IMG/VR virus record: IMGVR_UViG_3300036770_006954
Span: 107,630 to 171,629 of that record
From: a virus
Direction: 5' to 3' (one strand)
DNA length: 64,000 bases
Positions 1 to 9,604 of the stretch are shown piece after piece. Numbering within the stretch: the first letter of the stretch is position 1; each line of letters starts with the position of its first letter. The notes beneath the pieces were generated by a model. The model was not told the DNA's origin, ran no database searches, and saw only the letters and a list, made by a program, of their open reading frames with translations. Made by a program: the position numbers and the translations under genes.

Positions 1-1759
1 CATCAACTGTGATACGACCGTAGAAACGGTTGTTTACAACCTTCTTAGCGTATCTGGTCATGATACCCTTGATAGGTGTAAAGTTGAATGGGTTGTACAT
101 TGTTGGAGTGAGTTGTAAAGGTACATATGGAGCGTAGATGTAACCTGTGTCAAGTAACGATGTACCTTTGTGACCCAACAACACTTGGTTTGCTGGGAAG
201 TAAGGGTCACGGTAAACTTGATATCTACCTGCCAATGTTCCAACTCTCTCAATACCCATGTTGTATTGGTCTTGCTCAGGAGCTGCGTTTGATACGTGGA
301 AGTACTCCAAGTCATCAAAGATTGCAGAAACCTCAGAAGATACAACAATCCAGTTAGCACCACCTCTTAAGGTAGACTTGTGGATTTGTGCTGAAATTTG
401 GTTAATTGCAGTGATAAGAGTTTGGTTCCAGTCCTTCTGAGTGTAAGGAGTAGTACCTTGAGAGAATCTCTTCCATCCGTTGTAGTCCCAACGAAGGTTC
501 CAAGATGCTGCTTTTCTCAAATCTCTTAAGATTTCACGGTCGATTTCCGCAGCTACTTGTTCTGACAATAAAGCTGTCAATTCAGCTTCAGCGTCGATAT
601 TGTGGAACGCAGCTACGTCCTGAGCCATTTCAGGTGACCATTGAGCTCTAAGTTTTCTTTCAGTAACCGATACAGTCACAGACTGAAGGTCGAAAGAAAC
701 TTCACCAATTTTATCTTCGAATTCAAGATTCTTGTAGATTCTGTAAGTTGCTGTAAACGCAGAATCATTTGCAGTTGTTGAAGAGAATGTTGAACCAGTG
801 TATCCGTCAAGTGATGAATCACCACAAGAGATACAAACAGGAACTTGAAGGTCTACTTCGAGGTAAATTTTACCTTCAGCGTCACAAACATTGTAGTAAG
901 TACCACCATCAGTCAAACTGTTAGGGAATACCAATGAAGTGTCCTGACCGTATTCCACAATACCCTTACCGTATCTCTGAGTAACAACTCTAAATAGGTA
1001 ATTGTTATTTACATTCGCAGAAGTTGTTGGGTTACCAGCAACACCACGGATTTGTAGGTCAGTCAAGAATTCTTCAGTGTCCATAGGTTGACCGTTTGGT
1101 CCAATCAATTGACCAGCTCCAGCTGAAGCAAATCCAGACATCATGATGTAAACTTTTCTGTAATTATCAGTGTCATATCCTGTAACAATCAAAGAATCTC
1201 CTTGCCATGCTACTGTTCTTGTACCAGCTGTGATAGCCGAGAATGAACCTTTTGAGTAGTCGTAAAGTCCTGGTGGGTCCAAAGCAGGTTCGTTACCTTC
1301 GTAGAATCTATCGTAAAGGTCTTTAGTGTTGTTGTAGTCATAACCACTGTTTGGAGTCTGACCAGCAGCCGCGTTAGGTGCGCCGAAAGGTGCCCAGTGC
1401 TCGTTAGCGTTAGCTCCAGTGTAAGACTGAATGTTTGGTACGAAGTAGAACAACTTACCGATAGGAAGGTTCATCGCTTGTACCGAAACGATGTCGTTAG
1501 CCAAAAGTTTAGAGAATACTCTTCTTACGATTGGGAAAACAACAGTTTCAAATGAACCTGTATCTGCAGTTGATGATGCTTCGTTGATGAGATAAGACGC
1601 TTGGTTTTCATACAACTGAGCGATGTTCTCTTTAAGGTGTCCGTTAAGTCCATCGAGGAAACCTAACTTGTCCCATTTGTTGATTGTATCTTCTTTGATA
1701 ACCTTAAGGTGCTTAAGACCGATGTTACCAACAAGACCACTTTCTAATAATGCTCCCAT
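1..1759 (-). CDS. Major capsid protein (T4 gp23-like), 3' end runs off the window
   Basis: Not in ORF track. ATG at 1759 reads MGALLESGLVGNIGLKHLKVIKEDTINKWDKLGFL..., includes VSVQAMNLPIGKLFYF, and ends near TPTMYNPFNFTPIKGIMTRYAKKVVNNRFYGRI, typical gp23 motifs. Lies downstream of scaffold and protease. Confidence 0.95.
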   Translation of the reverse strand, partial: MGALLESGLVGNIGLKHLKVIKEDTINKWDKLGFLDGLNGHLKENIAQLYENQASYLINEASSTADTGSFETVVFPIVRRVFSKLLANDIVSVQAMNLPIGKLFYFVPNIQSYTGANANEHWAPFGAPNAAAGQTPNSGYDYNNTKDLYDRFYEGNEPALDPPGLYDYSKGSFSAITAGTRTVAWQGDSLIVTGYDTDNYRKVYIMMSGFASAGAGQLIGPNGQPMDTEEFLTDLQIRGVAGNPTTSANVNNNYLFRVVTQRYGKGIVEYGQDTSLVFPNSLTDGGTYYNVCDAEGKIYLEVDLQVPVCISCGDSSLDGYTGSTFSSTTANDSAFTATYRIYKNLEFEDKIGEVSFDLQSVTVSVTERKLRAQWSPEMAQDVAAFHNIDAEAELTALLSEQVAAEIDREILRDLRKAASWNLRWDYNGWKRFSQGTTPYTQKDWNQTLITAINQISAQIHKSTLRGGANWIVVSSEVSAIFDDLEYFHVSNAAPEQDQYNMGIERVGTLAGRYQVYRDPYFPANQVLLGHKGTSLLDTGYIYAPYVPLQLTPTMYNPFNFTPIKGIMTRYAKKVVNNRFYGRITVD

Positions 1760-1789
1760 TTTAAATTTTTGTTTTTAGGAATTTTTATT

Positions 1790-3391
1790 TTAGAGTTTAT
1801 TCATTAAATCCTTAATTCTTAAGTATTGAGGATTTTCATATGTTTTAGACTCAATCAAGGTTGCTGCTGAACCAGAAGTTTTTGTTGTGTTCAACTGTCT
1901 TTCAACACTTTCTGAAATATTTTTCATGTCTGTGTTTGAAAGTTCATCCTTGACAGTTTTATAGAGTTGCTTTGATTCTTTAAGAGATTCTACAGAATCA
2001 AATCTTCTCAAGATATTTATTTTTTCTTTTTTGGTAGTGGAATGTTCAGTAAATAATCTTGTTGCGTATGCCAAGTTTGAGTTAAAAACTGCAACTTCGT
2101 TGAGTTTCTCTCTAAAGACATTAAGAGCTTTTCTGTACTCTTCATTCTTCTCTCTTAACATGTTTAATTCCGCTTCAACAGCCTCTACTTTAACACCATT
2201 ATCACCATAAACATAATTTCTGTTGTTTGTGATACCTTTTCTTAACCCTCTACCTTCTTTTGACCCCATACCATAAGTTCTAGCAGCCTCTTTGGTTTCT
2301 TCCTTGGTTTCATAGTCTTTCTTGCCAGGATGTGTCTTAGATTTGTCACCTTTGTTACCACCGAATTTTCCTTCGTAGTCTTTGTAGTGACCATCTTTAC
2401 CTTCACCAGCTTTCTTCTCAACACCACCTACTTTCTTGCGTCTGTATTCGTGTTTGTCAGAACCCCAGTTCTTATCCTTACCTTCTTCCATTTCACCCTC
2501 TTTGAACTCAAATTTTGCTTTACCAGTACCCATAGCTTTAGGTCCAGCCTTTTTGTGGTCATCAAATCCTTTTTTAGGTAAAGTACTATCGTACTTAAAT
2601 TTAGGATGACCCATACCTACGCCTTTTGGTTTTACAGTCATTTTAGCTTCTGAAAGGTCATAATCTTCAGTATGAAGTTTATCGTCCTTCATATCCAATT
2701 CCAAATCACGAATATGTGCCGCGTCATCTTTTTCAGCTCCACGGTAATGGTCATATTCTTCATCGTCCTCTTCAGAAAGGTCCATCTCTTCCTCGTCCAT
2801 TTCTATCTCATACATGACTTCGTCTTCTTCTTCCATAGTTTCAGATGACGAATAAAGAGCATCTAAAACAGCGTCCAAGTCAGGGTCGTCTTCAACATCA
2901 AGTTCGTCGAATTCCATTTCTTGTTCGTCCATTTCCATTTCTTCCATCATTTCATCTTCCTCATCCATTTCAGATTCGTCGAGTTTTACAATGTATTCTA
3001 CATCTTCATTCTCGTCAGTGATGTGAACTTCATTTTCGTCTTTTACAACTACGATTCCATCTTCAGGTCCCATAGCCTTGAAAGCCTTAATAACTTCCTC
3101 ATCTGACATATCTGTCATATCGATAGTTTCTTCATCCGAATCAAAATCCATATCGAATTCATCTTCAGAATCTTCCATATTATCAACATCGCTATCCATG
3201 TCAAAATCCATGTCTAGCTCAGTATCAACTTCAACCTCATCTTCTTGTTCTGAGAGAGATTCCTTTACTAACTGACTGATTTCTTCCTTCATTGTAGAAG
3301 CAAGTATTCCTTTTGCGTTTTCGGCAATGACTTCTTCAACATTTTTCATTTGAATAAGTGCCTCTTCAACTAAATTTTTAGTTTCTTGCAT
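1790..3391 (-). CDS. Prohead core/scaffold protein
   Basis: Very acidic, coiled-coil-like C-terminus (LNEVAVFNSNLAYATRLF), located between protease and capsid genes. Confidence 0.75.
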   Translation of the reverse strand: MQETKNLVEEALIQMKNVEEVIAENAKGILASTMKEEISQLVKESLSEQEDEVEVDTELDMDFDMDSDVDNMEDSEDEFDMDFDSDEETIDMTDMSDEEVIKAFKAMGPEDGIVVVKDENEVHITDENEDVEYIVKLDESEMDEEDEMMEEMEMDEQEMEFDELDVEDDPDLDAVLDALYSSSETMEEEDEVMYEIEMDEEEMDLSEEDDEEYDHYRGAEKDDAAHIRDLELDMKDDKLHTEDYDLSEAKMTVKPKGVGMGHPKFKYDSTLPKKGFDDHKKAGPKAMGTGKAKFEFKEGEMEEGKDKNWGSDKHEYRRKKVGGVEKKAGEGKDGHYKDYEGKFGGNKGDKSKTHPGKKDYETKEETKEAARTYGMGSKEGRGLRKGITNNRNYVYGDNGVKVEAVEAELNMLREKNEEYRKALNVFREKLNEVAVFNSNLAYATRLFTEHSTTKKEKINILRRFDSVESLKESKQLYKTVKDELSNTDMKNISESVERQLNTTKTSGSAATLIESKTYENPQYLRIKDLMNKL

Positions 3392-3439
3392 AAAAATTGT
3401 TTTTAATTTACCTTATAAATAGTTCTCAAAACAAAAAAA

Positions 3440-3510
3440 TCCGTCTGAAACCCCCCTCTTTAAGAAAAAGGTTTTAGACGGACAAAAAAAAAGGTGGATA
3501 AACCACCTTT
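3440..3510 (-). terminator. Two tandem hairpins with U-tracts after the 3515 ORF
   Basis: AAAGGTGG-TTTAT-CCACCTTT(T)n, then TCCGTCTAAAACC...GGTTTCAGACGGA TTTTTTT on the minus strand. Confidence 0.6.
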
Positions 3511-3514
3511 CAAA

Positions 3515-3724
3515 TTATTCGATTACTTCGTCGATTTTACTTTCAACAACAGAAACGATACGCCATTCGTGTTGGAACCCCGTATATTTCTTTGTGACTT
3601 TAGCTTCGACATCAGTTACAGAAAAACCGTTTACAAGTTTCTCTTCTCGGATTTTTTTGATTCGACCTGAGTTTTCGTCGGGTAAATCATAAACCACTTT
3701 AGCAATGAAAAATTTCTCATCCAT
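3515..3724 (-). CDS. Small conserved protein, DUF4494-like
   Basis: 69 aa; FIAKVVYD...KKIREEKLVNGFSVTDVEAKV resembles Bacteroidota DUF4494 (from recall). Confidence 0.45.
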   Translation of the reverse strand: MDEKFFIAKVVYDLPDENSGRIKKIREEKLVNGFSVTDVEAKVTKKYTGFQHEWRIVSVVESKIDEVIE

Positions 3725-3743
3725 AATTATTAAATCATTTTAG

Positions 3744-4460
3744 TTAACGATTTAAATAATCGGTTAATTTTTTCATTAAATCAACTGACTTACCCATTCC
3801 AGAGTCAGAAATTTTCTGTTTTTTTTCTTCCTCGAGGTTTTCCTCGTACATTGACCTCTCTTCGGGGGAGTTAAATAGGTAAGCACCAGGAGTTGACGGT
3901 GAAGATACCAAGTCGAAACAGATAAGTTCAAAATCGTCCTGTACTTCATTTTGTTCTCCCTTTTTAGCCAAAGACCCAACACCACGCGATGAAACACCCA
4001 TTGTTACACCTTGTCTCATGAGGTTTGCTGCGATATCTCCCTTGGTTGATACAATACCACTCTCATGGAATCCTGGTGATGTAAGGAGTTTTAATTTACC
4101 CATAAGGATATGACCATCCCACCATATGTCTGTAATAAGGTGTGATACTCTATCCAAATCAATCAATGATGATTCAGGGTGATTTAACTCAGAGGTTGAT
4201 AAACCTTTTTTAATTGCGGTTTTATATCTGTCAGCCTCTCTTTTTAAAATTCTCTCAGGGTATACTCTTCCATTTCTATTTGGGACACCAAATTTTTGAA
4301 GAACAGCATAGAACTCAAATGGGTTACGATAATCCATTTGTTTTTGTTCTTTCAAAAATGACTCATTGAGTGGGTCAGAGGGTGAAATGTAACCAGCGTC
4401 CATTTCAATCAATATACCCTTACCCGTTTCTCTTGGCCCAAGAATGTGCAAATCTTTCAT
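3744..4460 (-). CDS. Prohead core protease (T4 gp21-like)
   Basis: NRNGRVYP, ELNHP, GVSSRGVGS and DLVSSPS motifs. Confidence 0.93.
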   Translation of the reverse strand: MKDLHILGPRETGKGILIEMDAGYISPSDPLNESFLKEQKQMDYRNPFEFYAVLQKFGVPNRNGRVYPERILKREADRYKTAIKKGLSTSELNHPESSLIDLDRVSHLITDIWWDGHILMGKLKLLTSPGFHESGIVSTKGDIAANLMRQGVTMGVSSRGVGSLAKKGEQNEVQDDFELICFDLVSSPSTPGAYLFNSPEERSMYEENLEEEKKQKISDSGMGKSVDLMKKLTDYLNR

Positions 4461-4486
4461 TATATTCTTTTAAAATAAATATAATG

Positions 4487-4939
4487 TTAGTTCATAGTTT
4501 TAATTTTTATCTTTTCTTTACTGGAAGTAAATGTGAAGTAATCATTTTTGATTACACAATCTTTGTAAATTTCTCTGATAATTTTTTTTATTGCGTCTTT
4601 CAGTACCGAACCTTTGAAATCTATTTCAGTTTTAGTGAATAGATTTATCTCAAGATTCATAAAAGACTTTTTACCTACTTGAATACCACTTGTTCTTAGG
4701 TCTAAGTCGACGATAAATTTTTCAGCGAAAAGTTCACGATTAATACTTTCATAAACACTGTGTTTTACATTTCTTGAAAGACCACCTACAACACGGTCCC
4801 AATTCTCCATTTCCTTTTTTGGAGTAACCCATGTTTGTATGTTTATGTAAAGTGATTTTAGTTGTTTTGAATCTACTGTTCCGTATTGAGTTTTAATTGA
4901 TTCATATTGGTTAATTTTAACCGTTTTTCCTTTTTTCAT
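4487..4939 (-). CDS. Hypothetical protein in head module
   Basis: 150-aa ORF in series with the head genes. Confidence 0.7.
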   Translation of the reverse strand: MKKGKTVKINQYESIKTQYGTVDSKQLKSLYINIQTWVTPKKEMENWDRVVGGLSRNVKHSVYESINRELFAEKFIVDLDLRTSGIQVGKKSFMNLEINLFTKTEIDFKGSVLKDAIKKIIREIYKDCVIKNDYFTFTSSKEKIKIKTMN

Positions 4940-5016
4940 TCATATTCAGATTGGAATCTGTTTATTTTTTAATAATCATAAGAAACTTTTACCCCAAATC
5001 CAAATATTTCTATTAT

Positions 5017-5202
5017 ATGTTAATAGTACAAGTAGACAAAAACATTGAGAAAGCACTCAAAATGCTTAAGTCTAAAGTTATTAAAACCAAACAGAGTCAA
5101 AAACTTAATTCCTTAAAAGAATACCAAAAAAAATCTGTTAAAAGAAGAACAGAAAAAACAAAAGCTTCTTATGTTCAAAAGTTTAAGAATCAAGAAGAAT
5201 AG
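5017..5202 (+). CDS. rpsU: Phage-encoded ribosomal protein bS21
   Basis: From ATG 5017: MLIVQVDKNIEKALKMLKSKVIKTKQSQKLNSLKEYQKKSVKRR; bS21 pattern (NIEKALKxxK...EYxKxSVKRR), 61 aa, basic. Confidence 0.85.
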   Translation: MLIVQVDKNIEKALKMLKSKVIKTKQSQKLNSLKEYQKKSVKRRTEKTKASYVQKFKNQEE

Positions 5203-5890
5203 ACTCTTCTAATTTCTTTAACTTTACATAATTAACTTGGTCGAATTTTTCAGTTTCAATCTTTTCAATGGTTTCATTAATTTTAGATTGAATATCTGAC
5301 TCTTCTTGTTTGGAGAGCAAAACCTTCAGTTTGTTAATTGTCGACTCCTTAAGAGTTGAGTACTCACTTTCCAAATCTTCATTCTTAGACGCTAAGATAT
5401 GAAATACCTCTTTCTTGGTCACCTCATCCAAACTCTCTATGTATTTTCCAATAGTTTGATTGGCAATCGTAACCATCGACTTCAAAGGAATTTTAGGGCT
5501 TTCATTTAAACCTTTTGCAGTAGACATAAGATTACTAATTAATCTTTTTTTTGACGACAACCTTTTGTGAATATTCACATTTTCAAAATACACCAAATTA
5601 TCAATATCTTGGTAAATATTTGAAGATTTTTCCCCATTTTTTGGTAATGAAGCATTCTCTAACAAATGTCTAATTACATTTACAGATTCTTCTAAAAATT
5701 CTTTGGCGTCGTTTTCAGATAATCCTTGTGGTGTATTAAGGTCATCATAAATGGAATAAACCTTTGAAAAAGATTTATTTTTCAAAACATTATGTTTGAA
5801 TTCTTTTAATGTTTGCTTGAAAGTAGAAGAGTCTTTGTAGGACTCTACCAAGTTTTTTTCGATAATCGATTTAATTTGTCCGAAGGTCAT
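5183..5890 (-). CDS. Hypothetical head-module protein
   Basis: 235 aa, TATTTAT motif upstream, located between portal and protease. Confidence 0.7.
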   Translation of the reverse strand: MTFGQIKSIIEKNLVESYKDSSTFKQTLKEFKHNVLKNKSFSKVYSIYDDLNTPQGLSENDAKEFLEESVNVIRHLLENASLPKNGEKSSNIYQDIDNLVYFENVNIHKRLSSKKRLISNLMSTAKGLNESPKIPLKSMVTIANQTIGKYIESLDEVTKKEVFHILASKNEDLESEYSTLKESTINKLKVLLSKQEESDIQSKINETIEKIETEKFDQVNYVKLKKLEESILLDS

Positions 5891-5917
5891 GAGGTTGTAT
5901 TTATTCTCTAATAAATA

Positions 5918-7795
5918 TTAGGAATTTAACAACTTATCTAACTCTTCTTCTATTTTACCTAAACTTTGTTGTGCAATACCCAAATTAAGAAACTGACTAC
6001 CATATAAATCGGTCTCAATTAAAAGATTCATGTCTTTATTTTGAGTAGATTCGGGAGTAATTTCCGCCTCTTCAGGTGCGGTTCCTTCTTCAGGGGTTTC
6101 ACCACCTAATTCAGCACCAAGGTCACCACCCAAGTCACCACCAATCTCAGGACCCGCATCAAAACTACCACCACCACCAAATGCTGCCGCCGCTGGTTCA
6201 GAAGTTTCTCCTGGAGGTGCTTGTGGAGCCCCTTCACCAGGTTTGTTTCCGTACAACTTATCAAGTTGGTCGAACAATCCTGTCTTAGAAATTACTGTTG
6301 GAGTATTCTTCAACTCCTCACCAATAGCTCTTTCCATTCTCTGTTGTAGAAGGTCAGTTCTGATTTCATCATCTGACCAATTAAAAATGTGTTTCTTGGC
6401 CCAAGTAGATGACGCTGGTTGAATACCATTACCTGGGTCTGAAACTAAATCACGATACAATAGAACTTTTTCTTTCCAAATATCAACCTTGAGTAGGTCG
6501 GCTTGCGTTGATGGGTTAGTAAGACCTAAGGTAAAATTAGAAATCTCCTCTTCAAACCCAAGTAGAAATAAGTGAATGATTGCAATCTTGTTAAGTTCTT
6601 GCAACATCGACTTTTGAATTCTATTAATGGTTCTTGCAAATCGGATATCCATCAGAGCCAAAGTTTTACCATCACCAACAACTTCCTCAAAACCTAAAAA
6701 CGCCTTAGGAATTCTAAGAGCAGTAACAAGTTTTTTCTGAATGTATTCGATGTCTGCAATTTCCGAAAGATTTTGAGCACCAGGTAAAGTTTCGATTGGC
6801 GATGGTTGTGCTGGGTCCCTTACAGGAATGAAGAAGTCTTGGTCTACAGCCATTTGGTTGAATCTCATGTCTACATTACCTGTCTTTGAATCTACAATTT
6901 GTTCTCTCTTGAACTTGTTGGCAACACGCTGTACATAAGCCTCAACATCATCATCGTTCATGTTTCCAACATAAACTTTAAAGATTCTTCTCTCAGGCGC
7001 TCGTGAAGTACGATAAATCAACATAGCATCTTCAGATAACAAAAGTTGTTTCCAAATACGACGAGACTTTTCTAACATAGAAGTACCGTAAGGTAGTTTT
7101 CTATCGTCACCTAATAATCTAAAGTGAGCAATTTCCCATGTTTGGAACTCCATATTTTGAGTTTTCCAAGTGAATCTTAATCCCTTGTCTTCAGTATTAT
7201 TTTGTGGAACACCAACCGAAGCATTTCTTGTAGAAAGACCTTGCTCAAATCGTTCAATTTCGATGTTCGGAAGTTGTTGACAACCAATAACCCCCTTTTC
7301 AGGGTCCAATCTCATATAAACGAAATTATCACCGTATTTACAAGTGTTTCTTGTCCACATCGGTAAATTGGTGTTAATATCCAAAGCATTGTTGAATAAA
7401 TCGGCTAATACTGATTTAATCCTTTTTGATTCAGAATAAATTTGAAGAATTTGACCGTCCTCGTTTGGTGTGGTGGATTCTTCGGCATAGATATCCAAAG
7501 CTGCTGAGATTTCTGGAGTATACTCCATAGATTCATAATCGTAATACGAAGCCAGTCTGTTTGGTTCGTAGTAGATTGCTTGGGTGTATAAATTGTTTTC
7601 AACTTTAGCAAACTGATTCGCTAAATAAAAAGATTGTTTGGCTTGGAGTTTCTCTCTTTCGTATTCTGTCTTGTCAGTTGTCCTGAGGAGTTCTCTTTTG
7701 TCTAACTTATAGACAGGAAAATCTTGGTTCATTAAGGCATCGGGCCCCAAAGCCCTTGTCAGTCTTTGCCAAACCGTTAGATTTCTATTTTCCAT
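5918..7795 (-). CDS. Portal protein (T4 gp20-like)
   Basis: EDAMLIYRTSRAPERRIFKVYVGNM, DFFIPVR, IETLPGAQNLSEIADIEY, ALRIPK. Confidence 0.95.
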   Translation of the reverse strand: MENRNLTVWQRLTRALGPDALMNQDFPVYKLDKRELLRTTDKTEYEREKLQAKQSFYLANQFAKVENNLYTQAIYYEPNRLASYYDYESMEYTPEISAALDIYAEESTTPNEDGQILQIYSESKRIKSVLADLFNNALDINTNLPMWTRNTCKYGDNFVYMRLDPEKGVIGCQQLPNIEIERFEQGLSTRNASVGVPQNNTEDKGLRFTWKTQNMEFQTWEIAHFRLLGDDRKLPYGTSMLEKSRRIWKQLLLSEDAMLIYRTSRAPERRIFKVYVGNMNDDDVEAYVQRVANKFKREQIVDSKTGNVDMRFNQMAVDQDFFIPVRDPAQPSPIETLPGAQNLSEIADIEYIQKKLVTALRIPKAFLGFEEVVGDGKTLALMDIRFARTINRIQKSMLQELNKIAIIHLFLLGFEEEISNFTLGLTNPSTQADLLKVDIWKEKVLLYRDLVSDPGNGIQPASSTWAKKHIFNWSDDEIRTDLLQQRMERAIGEELKNTPTVISKTGLFDQLDKLYGNKPGEGAPQAPPGETSEPAAAAFGGGGSFDAGPEIGGDLGGDLGAELGGETPEEGTAPEEAEITPESTQNKDMNLLIETDLYGSQFLNLGIAQQSLGKIEEELDKLLNS

Positions 7796-7837
7796 ACTTG
7801 TCTAAAGTTAATCTTTCTTAGATTATTATAAATACTT

Positions 7838-9598
7838 TTACCTCCCAAATAACCACCCATACTTTTGATAATCAGTTCTACTTGCAGTATAATCTTTGGA
7901 ATGAATCATACCGGGGTCTTTAAACTGAGGTAACGATGGATTAAAATATTCAGATTTTTCTTTGTTTTCAGTAACTATGGTTGACCAAGAATCTAACATT
8001 GCCTTAGTATGGTTTACAACTTTAACCAATGAAGGAAAGGCTGCCTCTGCAACATAAGTTGCCATTGCAATAGACATAATACAATCGTCATGATGGCCTT
8101 TTTGGTGGTCGGGTCTTCCATTGATGTAAACAAAAGTTCCCATTTCATTTACTAATCTACTCGAACGAATCTTAAATTCATGTCTAATTGATTCTTCAAA
8201 AGAAGCGATAATTTGAACTCTTTTGTTGTTAAAATTGATTCCTGGTATTTTTTCTTTAACCCTAGGGTCATATTTCCATTTATTTGCCATGTCGATTCCA
8301 TCATAGAAAAAATTTTCATATCCTATTTCTTGTAACTTTCGTGCAGTTGCAACACCCATTCCACCTGTCAAATCAATAACACAAAGGGCACTATACATAA
8401 TACCCCACTTATAAGCGATTTCGGCTAATGTATCGGGTGGTATTTTACCAACAAATTCTAATACCTGTTCTTTTTCATCAAAATCAATAATTTCAATACA
8501 AGAAAAATCCTCAGAATCCCCTCGAGAAACATCAATACCCATTACATATTTGTGACCATTTATAGGTTCTTTCCAAATCCATAATTGACCACCAACTAAT
8601 TTGGCACTCGGTTCTCTAACATCATTTTTTTGAATATCCTGTAAAAGTTGTGAATCGAATACATTATCACCCGAACCTAAGAAATTACACTCCAATTCTT
8701 GAGCAACCTTTCTCCTATCATATTTGAGTTTTTTAACCATACTCTCAAACCAAGAAGAACAAGGTTTGTAACCATCTTCAATATATTTGTGAAGAGTTTC
8801 CAAACTTCTTTCCCTTCTATTTTCTGCGGATAAATCAATGACAACATCAGAAGGATATTCATGTTTGTTAAGTAGGTAATGGACTAAATCGTTAGTCTTA
8901 ACCATATACAAATCTTTGGTGTATCGGGGGTCACGATACCAATACATTTCAGTGATTTTGAAATCATTCATACCACGAAGTGCTTGGTCATAGATTTCGT
9001 AGTAAATTGGGTCAAAACCGTTAGGTGTTGAAATCACTACGACTTTACCTCCGGTAGAAAGAGATGCCATACAAGCAGCCCAGAAATCACTGTCGGCTTC
9101 AATAAACGCCGCCTCATCAAAAATAAGTGTGGTGGGGGTGTATCCACGAAGTGCGTCTCGTGAAGTTGCAACCGCTTTTACCTCGCACCCATTTGTTAGT
9201 TTGAAGTGGCGTGCAGAATTTTTTTCAGGTGCAAACCCAATACCAACCCAACTTGGCCATTGTTCAGTAAACCCACGAATTTTATTTGCAAATTCTACTG
9301 ATGTATCTAACTTATTGGCAATGATTAGAATTTTTTCAGGTTTTTCTTTTCGAGCAAAGGCTAGTCTTTTACTAGCCCATGCTGCGGTTACTGTAGAGAC
9401 ACCCGCCTGACGATACTTTAATGCAATGTTTTCATTGTATTCCTCATAGTCCTCCACCAATTGAACTTGGTCTTGGAATAACTCTAAGGGTACATATCGG
9501 GATACTGTGTTATCGTAAGTCTGTAAATAAGTTTTTAGAGCGTAAGGAGTGCTCTTCATGCACTTCTTATACTCAATAATAACTTGTTCTTTTGTCAT
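7838..9598 (-). CDS. terL: Terminase large subunit
   Basis: KYRQAGVST (Walker A), LIFDEAAF (Walker B), ISTPNG, QELECNFLGS, GIDVSRG, HDDCIMS. Confidence 0.95.
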   Translation of the reverse strand: MTKEQVIIEYKKCMKSTPYALKTYLQTYDNTVSRYVPLELFQDQVQLVEDYEEYNENIALKYRQAGVSTVTAAWASKRLAFARKEKPEKILIIANKLDTSVEFANKIRGFTEQWPSWVGIGFAPEKNSARHFKLTNGCEVKAVATSRDALRGYTPTTLIFDEAAFIEADSDFWAACMASLSTGGKVVVISTPNGFDPIYYEIYDQALRGMNDFKITEMYWYRDPRYTKDLYMVKTNDLVHYLLNKHEYPSDVVIDLSAENRRERSLETLHKYIEDGYKPCSSWFESMVKKLKYDRRKVAQELECNFLGSGDNVFDSQLLQDIQKNDVREPSAKLVGGQLWIWKEPINGHKYVMGIDVSRGDSEDFSCIEIIDFDEKEQVLEFVGKIPPDTLAEIAYKWGIMYSALCVIDLTGGMGVATARKLQEIGYENFFYDGIDMANKWKYDPRVKEKIPGINFNNKRVQIIASFEESIRHEFKIRSSRLVNEMGTFVYINGRPDHQKGHHDDCIMSIAMATYVAEAAFPSLVKVVNHTKAMLDSWSTIVTENKEKSEYFNPSLPQFKDPGMIHSKDYTASRTDYQKYGWLFGR

Positions 9599-9604
9599 AA
9601 TTCC

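Noticed and set aside
58-440. Short ORFs 58-363, 127-357 and 258-440
   Set aside because: They are alternative frames over the major capsid gene, which the track missed because its stop lies outside the window.
7838-9598. Intein or intron in TerL, portal or capsid genes
   Set aside because: Frames are continuous, sizes are normal, and no intein C-terminal HN-C/S/T block or LAGLIDADG motif was seen.
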